DNA of 64,000 nucleotides from Octopus vulgaris (lineage: Eukaryota). Shown here piece after piece: positions 38,810-51,859 of the stretch. The stretch is from contig OX597818.1 of NCBI GenBank assembly GCA_951406725.2, forward strand, positions 22,754,001 through 22,818,000. The letters run 5' to 3'. Under the pieces are notes generated by a model. The model saw only the letters and a program-made list of their open reading frames with translations. It was not told where the DNA came from and made no database searches. Each line of letters starts with the position of its first letter. The stretch's first letter is position 1. Position numbers and translations under genes: made by a program.

Positions 38810-39842
38810 TAGACGCCGCACGGTCGCGTCGCCCTACAAAAGAATATTGCCAATACATGGTATAAAAGAATAAGAGTGCCAGTAAAAGAATAAGGAAGAC
38901 AACAACCGTTCTACTGTCTGAGAGAGAATGACTTTATTTACAGATGTGTACAATAAGAGCGTGTATGGGTGCTAGCAGAGTGTAGTGTCTGAGTGCGTGC
39001 GACAAGTGTGTCTGTGTGTCTGTTGTAAGTACAACAACGGTGCGTGCAACAAGTGTTTGTGTCTGTGTGTTCGTGTGTGTGTGTGTACATAATAAGACAG
39101 GCCGTCAAACATACAATGTGTGTGCACATGATAATGTGTATGTATGTGAGATAATAACACAGAACGTAGAGAGTGTCCAGACACAAGAATGGAAATAAAT
39201 TCGAGTTTGTTCTGCGTCAATGAAGTTGGGGCAAAGAGGAGCGCAGTTACTACGCGTGTAGAAGTTGGGCTTCAATCCATTGCCAGGTTACATTGGTACA
39301 GATCTCGCAGGTAGCGCTGGACTGTTAACCTTGATGAATATACACGAACAGCGTGTAAGCTAACTGGAGCGAGTTGCTGTGTACGTATCGGCATTGCTGG
39401 AGACGACGTGAAGTTGAAGAGCGACGATAAGCTAAGGCGTCGGTTGTGATGACGGCGTAAAAGTGAAGTCGACGATGGTGATGGCGACGGCAGAGAAAGG
39501 CGACGGTAGAGAAAAGTCCTGAGTTGCTGTATGTTGGTGTCGTCGTTGACTGTAGCAGGAACATGGCTGGGTCGCGGGAACTGGCTGGTCTGGCGTGGTC
39601 AATGGTCGGAGACCAAAAACCCCGATTCACTGGACCGCTGGGTTTTTATAACATTCTAGAGGCTCCAGAAGAAAATCCAAAAGACTGTGTCACATGATCT
39701 TATTGGAAGGTTCTGATTGGTTGGTTCACACATTGACGCGAAATAAGTCAAGAGACAAACTGTGCCAATGCCAACCAATCAGAGCAGTGGACACAACAGG
39801 GTCCAAATAGCGGCCAAAAGTTAACTGTTATCTGCTACGACA
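38810..39842 (-). mobile_element. Probable solo LTR
   Basis: CpG-rich island. On the minus strand it starts TGTCGTAG, then CCAAT boxes (39715, 39775), TATAAAA (39644-39650) and AATAAA (38933-38938). Left boundary and TSD not resolved. Confidence 0.45.
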
Positions 39843-40563
39843 TCATTTCTATGATCTCTCTCAAACAGTGAAGATATCACCGAGCTACGCCACAAAAGTA
39901 AAAACACAGACATAAATTTGGTATTCTTTTATTGCATCTGTTACATGTTTTTGTATTCAGTAATTAATTGATGATATCACAGAGGCGGAATATGTATTAT
40001 GTGCCTGCTCCCGTAAGTTGCACCAGTGGATTGCATTTATTGTGTGACATCATTAATTAATTGCCTGTTACAGAAACATTTGTAACAGATATAATAAAGG
40101 AATGCCAACAGAATGTTCATGTTGTTCTCTTTGATTACACACACACACACACAAACACATTTGAAGCTTGAAACTTATACCAGAGTAACTCATTGTAAAC
40201 ATTATGATTAGAATAAAAATTATCCCCCAAAAATACTCATTTTTTCAAATATATAATACTGTACCAAGGACTTTTTATCATTCTACTATGTATGTATGTA
40301 TATATACATACAAACACACACACACAAATACATACATACATACATACAAACGTACATACATACAAACGTACATACATATATGCATACACACATATATATA
40401 CATGTACACACACACGCGCGCACACACAAACACACGCACACATACATGTATATGTGTGTAAATATACAAATATATACACATAGTTATACGTATACATATG
40501 CATATTTATATATACATATATCTACATGTACATACATATTTATATACATATGTATACATACAA

Positions 40564-40611
<48 letters not shown>

Positions 40612-40613
<2 letters not shown>

Positions 40614-40950
40614 GTAAATGTAAAAAAATACAAACTGGGGCAAGAACGTGAAGCATTTAGAAGACGATACAAAAAACACGGACGGGACATTCGAAGCCTT
40701 CAATCTTCAGTCTAGAACCGGATCATCTTCGCAATTTCGGCTGATTAATCTTGAGATTGCTCCGATCTGGCCAGCCCCAAAGGAAGATCTAAGCCAAGCG
40801 CATTAGATTCCTTGGAAGAAAGCCTCGAATGTATACAAAACAACGACGGAAAAACGGACGATGTTACACGAGTAAAAATACAAAAATACGTAAAAACAAT
40901 AATGATAGCACGAATAAGAATTCAAAAATACGTAAAAACAATAATGATAA
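40612..40950 (-). mobile_element. PLE pseudo-LTR-like repeat, family 2 (homolog ~11277-11690)
   Basis: Shares AGACGATACAAA, GACGGG.CATTCG, CGATCTGG and GCATTAGA landmarks with 11320-11545; begins at a (TA)n tract. Confidence 0.55.
40695..40760 (-). ncRNA. Non-circularly permuted hammerhead motif (family 2, second member)
   Basis: Minus strand gcaaT-C-tcaaga..agcc-GAAA-ttgc..tctaga-CTGAAGA-ttgaa-ggct. Stems III and II are perfect; stem I has one mismatch. Confidence 0.72.
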
Positions 40951-41385
40951 TAATAATAATATATACACAAGCACACATATCTATATGTGTGTGTAAATAT
41001 GTATGCAGATGTACAAATATATGCACATATAGTTATACATATACTTACACATATACATATACCTATATGTACATACATATTTATACACACACACACACAC
41101 ATACATACGCACTTATACGAAGTTGATTTTTGTGCATCTAAAGAAATTATTTGAAATATCGCAATCTTATGTTCCCGGAACATTCACTATTTTCTTCATC
41201 TCAATTCTTGTATTTACAATCTTACGTTTTTTTTTTTTTTCTTTCTTTTCTAAAGTCTTTTTTGGCGATAGGAAGTCTGACCTTTTCCGACCTTTGCGTT
41301 TTTCTTTAAATTTTTCTGTCTGATTTTCGTTCTGTCTACCTATCTTTTTCTTTCTTTCTTTCTTTCCTTCTTTCTTTCCTTCTTC

Positions 41386-41451
<66 letters not shown>

Positions 41452-41829
41452 CCTCTTCTTACTCCCGCTCATCCTCGTCCTCGTTGTCGAAGTCTTTCTC
41501 ATTCGTCTCATCATATTTCCCTTTCCTTTCCATCTCGGATTCTTCTTCTTGTTCTTCTTCTTGTTCTTGTTCTTGTTCTTCTTCTTCTTCTTCTTCTTCT
41601 TCTTCTTCTTCTTCTTCTTCTTCTTCTTCTTCTTCTTTTTCTTCTTCTTTTTCTTCTCCCTTTCTCCTCCCCATCCTCCATCTCCTCCCTCCTCCCTCTT
41701 CCTATTATTGTTACCATCCTCATTCCTACCATCCCCATGCTCCTCCTCTCCCCTCCCATCCCTTTCAAAAATTACCTTTCATTACTATATAACCCCCATT
41801 TATTATTATCATCATCATTATTATTATCA

Positions 41830-41893
<64 letters not shown>

Positions 41894-42798
41894 CTTACAA
41901 AGAAAATAAAGGAACAATTAGCCATTATCACTATTTCACTTATAGTAACGGGTACTTTTTGCCTTTGATGCGTCAGACTTATTCGGGACTTTGTATTGGG
42001 TTCTCCCCGCCACATCCTAACTGCTCCCCGCCTTTATTGCGCTACAAGCTTTTCCACCGCGACTGGAGACCTTTACTTGTTGGCATTTGTTGTTATTTAT
42101 GATTTTGCGTGGATTCCGCCATCTTGCAATGTATTTCAAAAAAAAAAAAAAATTCTGTATTTCGTCCTCGTATTGTTCCAAGAGTTTTATTAACCTTGTG
42201 GCCAAATAAAAAGTTCATCGTCATCATCATCGACATCATCATCATCACAATCATCGTCGTCATCATCGTCATCATCATCGTCATCATCATCGTCGTCATC
42301 ATCATCATCGTCGTCATCATCATCATCATCGTCACCACCACCAACCACCATCATCATCATCATCATCATCATCACCATCATCACCACCAGCACCACCACC
42401 ACCACCACCACCATCACCACCACCATCATCCCTGTCATTGTCGTCGTTGTTGTGGTTCTGGTCTTTTTTTTTGTTTGAGTTGAGGAAGTTCCTTGTCTGT
42501 TCTTTTCCCTCTCTTTTGCGTCTTCATAAAAAATTTTGTTTCATATTCCTTTTTGCATTGTGCGTGCGTGTGTGTGTGCGTGTGTGTGTGTGTGTGTGAG
42601 AGAGTATGTATGTGTGTGTCTGTTTGTGTGCGTGTGTGTGTGCGTGTATGTGTGTATATTCATTTATATATGTATATATATATATGTATATTCATATATG
42701 TATATATATATATATGTGTATTCACGTATATTCATATATATATATATATATATATATATGAATATACATACATGCACGCACACACACGCACACAAACA

Positions 42799-42907
<109 letters not shown>

Positions 42908-43396
42908 CTGAGTGTCTATGTGTCTGTGTCTGTATTTATTTTCTTTTCATCTTCCCACATAATGAGATTAGTCTATTTACTTTTGATTATAGAGGTGTGT
43001 GTGTGTGTGTATGTTTATGCGTGTGCATGTATGTATATGCGTGCACGTGTGAATGTGTGTGCAGCTTGAAGTCTCTGAGTACGTTTGTTAATGTCTATGA
43101 TGTTTGTAAGTCTCTCTATATATATGTGCGTTTGTATATGTGGGCGTACTTATGTGTGTATATAAATGTGTGCGTATGGGTGTATATGTCTATATATGTG
43201 TGAATGTGTGTATTAACAGGAGTGTATATGCGTGTGTATGTCAACGTCTCTATACAAGAGTTTGTGCTCGTGTGTATTTGCGTGTTTACGCTTCCTTAAG
43301 TGTGTTTTTATTAATCGTGTATGAGTTGTGTGTGAGGAGTGGTATTTCTATGTGTGTATATATGGGTCTGTGAATGGGTCGGTCTCTCTTTTTTTT

Positions 43397-43429
<33 letters not shown>

Positions 43430-43432
43430 TTT

Positions 43433-43551
<119 letters not shown>

Positions 43552-43856
43552 CATATATATATACATACATATAAATTAGTGTACATTTAAGTACAAAGAG
43601 ATATATATGTATTTATGCGTGCAAGCATGTATTATGTATGTGTATGTATGTATGTATGTATGTATGTACGTGTGTATATGTATGCTTGTGTGTTTGTGTG
43701 TATGTTTGTATATGTATGTTAGTATGTATGTTAGTATGTATGTATATATGTATGTATGTAAGTATGTGTAACAGTCGTTGGAAAATATATATTTATAAGA
43801 AGTCATACCTATACAAATCAATCCATTCATACATACCTACAAACACGTGCAGATAC

Positions 43857-43929
<73 letters not shown>

Positions 43930-44004
43930 TATAGTTTGTAAACATCATGATCATACTCCATACCTAGTTTGGAGTTTTATATGTGTATATGTGTGTGTAT
44001 ACAT

Positions 44005-44199
44005 ATAAAAGGCCCCGAAATTTTTGAGGAAGGTCGATTAAATTGACCCCAGTACGCAACTGATACTTAATTTATCGACTCCGAAAGGATGAAAGGCAAG
44101 TCGACCTCGGTGGAATTTGAACTCAGAACGTAAAGACAGACGAAACATCGCTAAGCATTTTGCCCGGCGTGCTAACGTTTCTGCCAGCTCGCCGCCTTA
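44005..44199 (-). mobile_element. SINE family A
   Basis: Family A head and core, inverted. Confidence 0.82.
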
Positions 44200-44519
44200 A
44201 TATGTATGTATATATAGGTAGATAGATACAGATATAGGGGGAGAATTCACACACAAAAAAAAAACAAGCAAACAAAAAAAAGACGAAGACAGGTGGCGTA
44301 GACAACAAAATTCCGTGTTGCACGGAATTTTGTCAATGAACAGATCGCGGTCTCAAAGCGACGAAAATATTTTGGCAAATTAAATTTAAATGTTGAAGTG
44401 AATCTAGTGGATTTTGTGTGTTTCTTAAATGGCTTATAAACACCTTCCACGCTGCAATTGTTTTCGTTCCGGCACACGATCTCAGATCAATTCACTTGCT
44501 ATGCAAGTACATCTCCGTA

Positions 44520-45310
44520 ACATCGTATATTGATTTTCCGATATCGTCTTGTCGCACAGGGGAAGTAGTACCTTGATGACATTTTTGAGCAGCTGCTAAT
44601 AACATGTATGATGTCTTCCTCAGAAATATGACAATCTAAATTTTCGGTTGCATCTTGGAGCTCCAAGGGAATCAATGTCCCTTTTGTTAATTAGGTATTT
44701 CGTAGCGATCTCCTGTTCTCGTATTGTAAATGCATAGCCTTCGAAGTATGATATAGTGATATAGCGGTCACGAGATCAAGAACGGTGAGCTACTCGTAGT
44801 AGAATCGTTAGCACGCCGGGCAAAATACTTAGTGGCTCTTCGTCCGTCTTTACGTTCTGAGTTCAAATTCCGCCGAGATCCATGCTTTCATGATTTCAGG
44901 GTCGATAAAATAAGTACCAGTTGAACACTGAGGTCGATTACATCAACTTAGACCCTCCACCGAAATTGCTAGTCTTGTACTAAAATTTGAAACCAATATT
45001 ACTGTCTTCTTCAAGTCTTTGGGAAACATATACTGAGCATATGTCCAGGTCTTCTTTGAGATATGTTTTAAGGTTTTATGAGAGATTATCAGGAAGATGA
45101 TGCTTTCTGAAGAGCTCGCTGCCTAGGATATTGTTCTCGCAACTTTCCAGCACTAAGTTATTGTGTATATTTTTGCTGTTGTTGTTTAGCAAGTGCTGTC
45201 ATAGAGAGATTGTACCACATTCGAAGGTTGTCTGCACTGATCCCAAGCTTCTATCTCCTTCATCTTATTCTTAGGGAGGGCCTGTCAGTATCATATCACT
45301 CTTTCTGTGG
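44520..45310 (-). mobile_element. Older RLE-type LINE remnant interrupted by SINE A (44782-44996, plus strand)
   Basis: FEGYAFTIREQEIATKYL, EDIIHVISSCSKMSSRYY and SVQTTFEC..ISL fragments. Confidence 0.7.
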
Positions 45311-45330
45311 AAGTTTGTATGTATGTATGT

Positions 45331-46408
45331 CATTATTCAGTTTATTTCAAGATTTCTTGCCAATAGAGAAAGAACTGATTTCTAACCTAGATCCAAGGTC
45401 CCTTCATCGGAATTTCAACATCAACAACACGGTATTTTGTATGTATGTATGTATGTATGTATGTATGTATGTATGTATGTATGTATGTATGTATGTATGT
45501 ATGTGCAGATTTGTATGTTTTATGTATGTATGTACTTATCTAGACATGCTCATATATATTTAAATGATAAACTTCTGCAAAGTTTTACAGATTTTTACAG
45601 TTCCAGTGATGGATTGGATCTGTAGCCCTCGAATTAGCTTTCTCCTTCCTGGTCTTGAGAAGCTTAATTTCTCAACATTGGTATTTAAGTGGTGTATTAC
45701 ATGTCCCAGGGCCCCAATAATTACAAGTATAAACTTAAACTTGTAATCTGGATAGAGTAACTGTAGATTTCTCAATAATTCAGCATAGGTGTTCTCTTTT
45801 CACTGATCTTCAGCTCTATGTTAACAGCCGTTGCGCAGTTAATTTCTTCAACTGTACACAGTTTCTCTTCTCTATCCCAAATCATTATATTAGATCTGTT
45901 GTGTTTACATCTTATTGAGGTCTTCACTGGGACATTCCACCAGTATTCCTTTTTATGTTGAGTGGCTATGACTTCTACCATATTGTGGGTTCTTATTTCT
46001 TTGTCCTCAGGATTATCCTTTCAGCAGATTTCATTATACCGTGATGACATTTTCGGACAACTTCTTATGATGTGGGTGATATCTTCAGTGTGAACTCCAC
46101 AAAGTCTGCATCAGTTGTCACATTTTACTGCTTTTTCTGCATATCTATCCCTTTTGTGCATCAGGCACTTGGTTGAAATTTCCTGTTCTTGGATTGCAAA
46201 CGCATATCCTTCAAAGTGGGAGGTAATAATTCGGCTATTGGTCCATGATAAACTGCTTTGATGATCGATGTTACTATCATCAAGGAGCTTTCTACTAGCA
46301 TTCATGCGTAGTCTTCTGCTTGTATAGGCTCATCCTTTCATCTGATGATACATTGCGGTAGAGTCGTACGACTTCTTTGGGCATGTATTCTAGGTTATCA
46401 GACAAAGT
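45331..46408 (-). pseudogene. 5'-truncated RLE-type (R4/Dong-like) LINE with 3' UTR
   Basis: EGYAFAIQEQEI, CRLC..EDITHIIRSC, EYWWN..HNRSNIMIWD..VEEINC and VIIGALG. Flanked by (TGTA)n. 3' UTR recurs at ~49860-49975. Confidence 0.85.
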
Positions 46409-47053
46409 GTTATGTATGTATGTATGTATGTATGTATGTATGTATGTATGTATGTATGTATGTATGTATGTATGTATGTGTTTCTTGTGTGCGCTCATAT
46501 CGTATTTTTCTCAGTGCTTGTTTGTGTGCGTATGTGTATGCATATTAGTGTGTGTGTTTGTGTGTTTGTGTGTCTGTGATTGTGTGTGTGTGCACGGGCG
46601 CGCACGCGCTTGAGTGTGTATGAACAATATGTCTGTTTAGTTAGTGAACTGTACATTTAAAAAACCATTAGAGGTGCGGCTGCTTCGGCAGAATAGTGTA
46701 AAACTGATATAGTGGGGAGGTATAGAAATGTTTCTTGATGGAGGGAAATATTAGGCTTAGAATAAGATATAGAATTAGACGCAGGGATGTAGTGTAAAGT
46801 ATTTGTATCCTTCTTATGATAATAATACTTTATATGCATGCACTTTTGGGGGTGACACTTCGCATTATTAGCACTATATTCCGACGTCATTCTTTAATTA
46901 TATTTGACTTTTTCATCACGAAAGATTTATGTTTTTAAATATGTTCACTGAGATCGACGTAAAGTTTGATAAATGGACTGAAGTTGAGGTTTCTTTTTTC
47001 CATTAATTTCCTTTAAAAAATGGTCGTAAAGTTCAAAAAGAAGTATGCCTGCG

Positions 47054-47084
<31 letters not shown>

Positions 47085-47087
<3 letters not shown>

Positions 47088-47231
47088 AGAATTTTTTGCG
47101 TAATGAGATAAAAAAAACCAAGGATGTGTAGATATTAGAACATTTATATATAAAAAATATTCTATCTATAAATGTTCTAATATCTACACAGCCTTGTTTT
47201 TATTTTATCTCATTACGCAAAAAATTCTTAT
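47085..47231. repeat. ~65-bp-arm inverted repeat
   Basis: ataagaattttttgcgtaatgagataaaa..gatattagaacatttata is mirrored at 47168-47230. Confidence 0.9.
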
Positions 47232-47372
47232 ATACACACTCTGACATATGACCAACGTTGAATCCCTTATTCGCAAAATCACCAAACCTGGAATTTTACT
47301 ATGGACTGTCTATAACACTTATTCAGCATTACCTGACACCTTTGGGTCTCAATGACACCATTATCTCTTATA

Positions 47373-47433
<61 letters not shown>

Positions 47434-47976
47434 GGTGCCCCAGCATGGTCGCAGCCTTCGGGTTGAAACATTTTAAAGGATTTTAAGGATTTATATATGA
47501 ATAAATCTAAGGGTAGCAAAAAAATTTTTGAAAAATTCTCGACCACCAGTGGTCTAGCGAGAAGGAAAAAAATAGTCAATAGACTATATAATATACATTT
47601 AAACACATAAGAGATGACCATAATAGGACATCTGACTCACTAGAAAGAGCAGTTAAACTCCAAAGCACTAATAGTTGTAATTCTGAAAGGGAAAGAGAAA
47701 TAATAATGTTTACCCTAACTTTCCTGGACTATGCATAGTTTCGGCAAGCTTTTGTAAATAAAATAAAATTATTTTACTTTACAATTGGCGTTGCCATCTT
47801 CAGCAGAAAGCCAAGGCTAACATGTAGGTACGAGACGATATATATATATATGAAAGTATTTATATGTATGTCTGATAGTTTATTTATGCATATTAATAAT
47901 AAGTATGCACGCATGGACATTCTACGAGTTCTTTGTTGTTTAGAGTAAACGAAGGCTTTCTTAATGGTAGTTAATG

Positions 47977-48389
47977 TAGTCGTGTCAAACACGCGGCCTG
48001 CGGGTTGCATGTGGCCCGCGTGTGGCGTAGCTTGAGGTTTTAAATGGGAAACAGAAAAAGCATTTAATAATGATAATTTGATTAATAAAAGTAGGATGTC
48101 TGGTTCAACCTATGCGCGTGGACAGTTGTCTTCCTTCGTGAAAACAACAAAGACTTCTGAAAGGGAGCAGGCTGACTGACAAACGTTTGTCATTATTGGT
48201 GAAAGTCGGAACTGTACGGACATTTGAAGCAGATATACGAAAATTAGTTACCAAAATTATTCTGACATCAGCTTTCAAGAAATGACTGTAATCTTTGTTG
48301 TAAATGTGTGTTTAAAAATATGCGCCCCACCTGGTAACTTGTATATGAGTAATGCGACCCATAGAGAATCTGCAGTTTGATATGCCTTA
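47977..48389 (+). mobile_element. hAT (Charlie-like) deletion derivative
   Basis: Ends gtgtcaaac..gcggcc..gtggcccgcg / gtttgatatgcc. Internal RSRLTDKRLS dimerisation-domain relic. Confidence 0.7.
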
Positions 48390-48436
48390 GGTAATGCATT
48401 ATGAAGACATCACCTTAATAATATTTGCCCAGAATA

Positions 48437-48666
48437 AGGCGGCGAGCTGGCAGAACCGTTAGCACGCCGGGAGAAGTGCGTAGCCGTATTTCGTCTGCCG
48501 TTACGTTCTGAGTTCAAATTCCGCCGATGTCAACTTTGCCTTTCAATCTTTCGGGGTCGATTAAATAAGTACCAGTTGCGCAGTGGGATCGATATAATCG
48601 ACTTAATCCCTTTGTCTGTCCTTGTTTGTCCCATCTGTGTTTAGCCCCTTGTGGGTAATAAAGAAA
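48437..48666 (+). mobile_element. SINE family A, full length
   Basis: Highly similar to 575-810. Confidence 0.88.
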
Positions 48667-48741
48667 CAACTATTTGCCCAGGATTGATTTTACACCGAGA
48701 TAGGACTGTTGTATTAAGTATTATGTCCCGCCACTTAATTT

Positions 48742-49134
48742 TACTCTTTATTTGTTGCAGTCATTTGACTGCGGCCATGCTAGAGCACCGCCTTTAGTCG
48801 AGCAAATCGACCCTGGGACTTAGTCTTTGTAAGCCTAGTACTTATTCTATCGGTCTTTTTTGCCGAACCGCTAAGTTACGGGGACATAAACACACCAGCA
48901 TCGGTTGTCAAGCAATGGGACAAACACAGACACACAAACATGCACACACACATACACATATATATATACATATATACGGTGGGCTTCTTTCAGTTTCCGT
49001 CTACCAAATCCACTCACAAGGCTTTGGTCGGCCCGAGGCTATAGTAGAAGACACTTGGCCAAGATGCCACGCAGTGGGACTGAATCCGGAACCATATGGT
49101 TGGTAAGCAAGCTACTTACCACACAGCCACTCCT
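48742..49134 (-). mobile_element. SINE family B, full length
   Basis: Reverse complement of 13746-14200. Confidence 0.88.
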
Positions 49135-49479
49135 ATTTTGCTGATTTTTTAAAAAAGACAACGACGATGAAAATTGCCTAATAATTTAAATACAGGGCCC
49201 ACAATTCTGCATCACTGTATTTAGTACCACTGTTTCATAAATTTAAATTTCCGTAAACAGTGAAATGACTCAATCAGTCCAAAGCCGGTTTGTCAGCCTG
49301 CCAAAATCACGTTTTGGTACATTGAGCTGGGGTCTTGGGTTCATCTTCTTAATTGAATGTTGCTTTTGTTGCATTTAAAATTAAACACTTAGCCAAAAGC
49401 AATTTACAATCAGACTAAAGGAGTGAAGTCCTAAACGCACGAGTCAGTTTGATTAATTTCCTATCACGTTGTCGAACAA

Positions 49480-49700
49480 TTATATAATCCAAGTTGCTAA
49501 CAGTGTTTCTTGCATGAATTTTTCTGGGTTGTTATGTATGTTTTTTTTCTTCTGCTGAAACAGTGTGTTGTTAATGATTAGGTGATGTGAAGCATATGAG
49601 GAAAGAAGTGTACCATTTCCATTTTCATTGCCAACAACTTGACTGCTTGGAATTTTATTCCATGTTATACAATTTGACCTAACTCTTGTACAGAAATTAC
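49480..49700 (-). mobile_element. RTE LINE AP-endonuclease remnant
   Basis: NFCTRV..W..VGNENGNGTLL..HHLIINNTLFQQK. Confidence 0.7.
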
Positions 49701-50167
49701 ACACAGACACACGCACATATTCACACATATTGTGTGTATGTGTGTGTAACAAAAAATTCAACAACAACACATCTCAAGCCAAAAACAAAGTTGGTTACAG
49801 CTCCCCTCTCAAATAATACGCTTGTCATGTTTGTATGCATGCATTATGTATGTCTGTATTTCATTATTCAGTTTCATTTCAAGACCTCATGCTATTAGAG
49901 AAAGAGCCGGTTTCTAACCTAGATCCAAGGCTCTTTCATTGGAATTTCAACATCAACAACAGGGTATTTTTGTATGCATGTATGTATGCATGTATGTATG
50001 TATGTATGTATGTATGTATGTATGTATGTATGTATGCATGCATGCATGCATGCATGTATGTATATGTGTCTATCTGTCTGTCTGTTTATCTCCTCTTCTT
50101 TCTCCCCTTTTCTCTCTCTCACTCTCTCTCTCTCTCTATGTACATATTCCTGTATGTATGTGTATGC

Positions 50168-50233
<66 letters not shown>

Positions 50234-50917
50234 CTGTCTGTCTGTCTGTATGCATGTATGAATAAAACAACAAGAACAAGAATGGAGAATATCAAATCTT
50301 TATTCGATGATTACATCACACGAAGCCGACGGTCGTTTCTGTTGTGTCAGCACTTGTTTACTTGCTTAAACACAACGCATAACATCTATACTGTAAGGAG
50401 TTATGACCAATCCGCATGCAACTTAAACATCTGTATATTCTGTAATCTGTTATTCTTATGTTAGAGATATTTTTTAATCCATATCATAACTGGTTGTTAT
50501 ATTATTGTTGTTATTTCCGTTCAGAACAGGCTTGAGTATTTTAATAAACTCTTTCTTCCAACCTCGCTGGCGAACCGTGATATTTGAGTTGCATGCAGAT
50601 TGGTCAACATCGTATTCTAAACCTTCAGCTTGCTGGAGCGTTCTAAGAGGTACTACAGTTGCAAGAACTCAACAGTCAGTTAAACACATTTAAAATCTGA
50701 TGATTACTCTATGTATGAAAGCGTTAAATTAACTTTATAAGCATTACAAAATATTCTTTAATGTTAAAATACCATAATAAAAAACGTGAAAACCAGACCA
50801 TATTTTAACTTTATTCAGCTGATAAATCATTCTATATACATTCACACAACTTCGAAGCTATATATATATATATATATATATATGAATGTCAAGAAGACAG
50901 GAGTAATCATCTGTATT

Positions 50918-50998
50918 AGCTTACCGCTGTTTCTACTATAAGAAGCAGTGAACTCAGAGTATAACACTTGTAACACAACCTATAGCATCCTCGGAGCC
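50918..50998 (-). ncRNA. Decayed type I hammerhead
   Basis: ggct-CCGAGGA-tgctatag/ttatagta-GAAA-cagcgg-TA-agct. U4>C lesion in the core. Confidence 0.5.
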
Positions 50999-51254
50999 AT
51001 TTTAGCGAAGTGTATGTTCATTTCGGAAAGCATTTAAATATATGGAGTTGGTTACATGTATGCATGTATGAATGTATGTATGTATAAGGTGTGTGTGTGT
51101 GTGTGTGTGTGTATGTTTGCGTGTATATATATATATAATTATACACACACACACGCACACACACATATGTATGCATATTTACATTTATATACACACACAG
51201 GTATGCATACATATATAGATACATACACACTCACACGCATACACATACGCACAG

Positions 51255-51315
<61 letters not shown>

Positions 51316-51859
51316 TACTGTAAAAAGTAAAAAGCAACATTGACGAAAAAGCAACTCACAACACTATGAGTAAGGCTCTTGACTTACAAGAAATGGCAGT
51401 CTAATTTTTTGCAAATAACATCCTTCTATCCCGAGAAGAAAGTGTATGGGGATTTGGAAGAGGTGGCATTGGATAATGTTGTTCCTGGATATCCTTAAAA
51501 TGATGAGATAGTCACTTAGCTGGAATAAAAGGCCTGGTCGATCAGAGTTGGACAGTTGCTGAAAATACGAGAATTACATCAACAAGCAGCCGTACAAGCA
51601 ACAAAAACAAGAACAAGAACAACAACAACAACAACAACAACTAATCATTGAAAAAACAGCAAAAACTGTCATCACCACCAACGCAAACTGCCAACACAAC
51701 CAATGCCACCACCAGGGTACCTTTATGTGGAGGATCAAACTGCTAGAAATATTAGTCAAATTAGCTGGTAAAGTAGTCCTAGATATGTCACGACTGGAAC
51801 TGCTTTGATTTGCGTGATCTGTACTGATACGTTAGTTGAACATCACCATTAATACTGAT

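Noticed and set aside
50320-50400. Minus-strand GAAACGACCGTC after a possible GIY-YIG tail (FIKILKPVLN)
   Set aside because: No recognisable CUGANGA strand.
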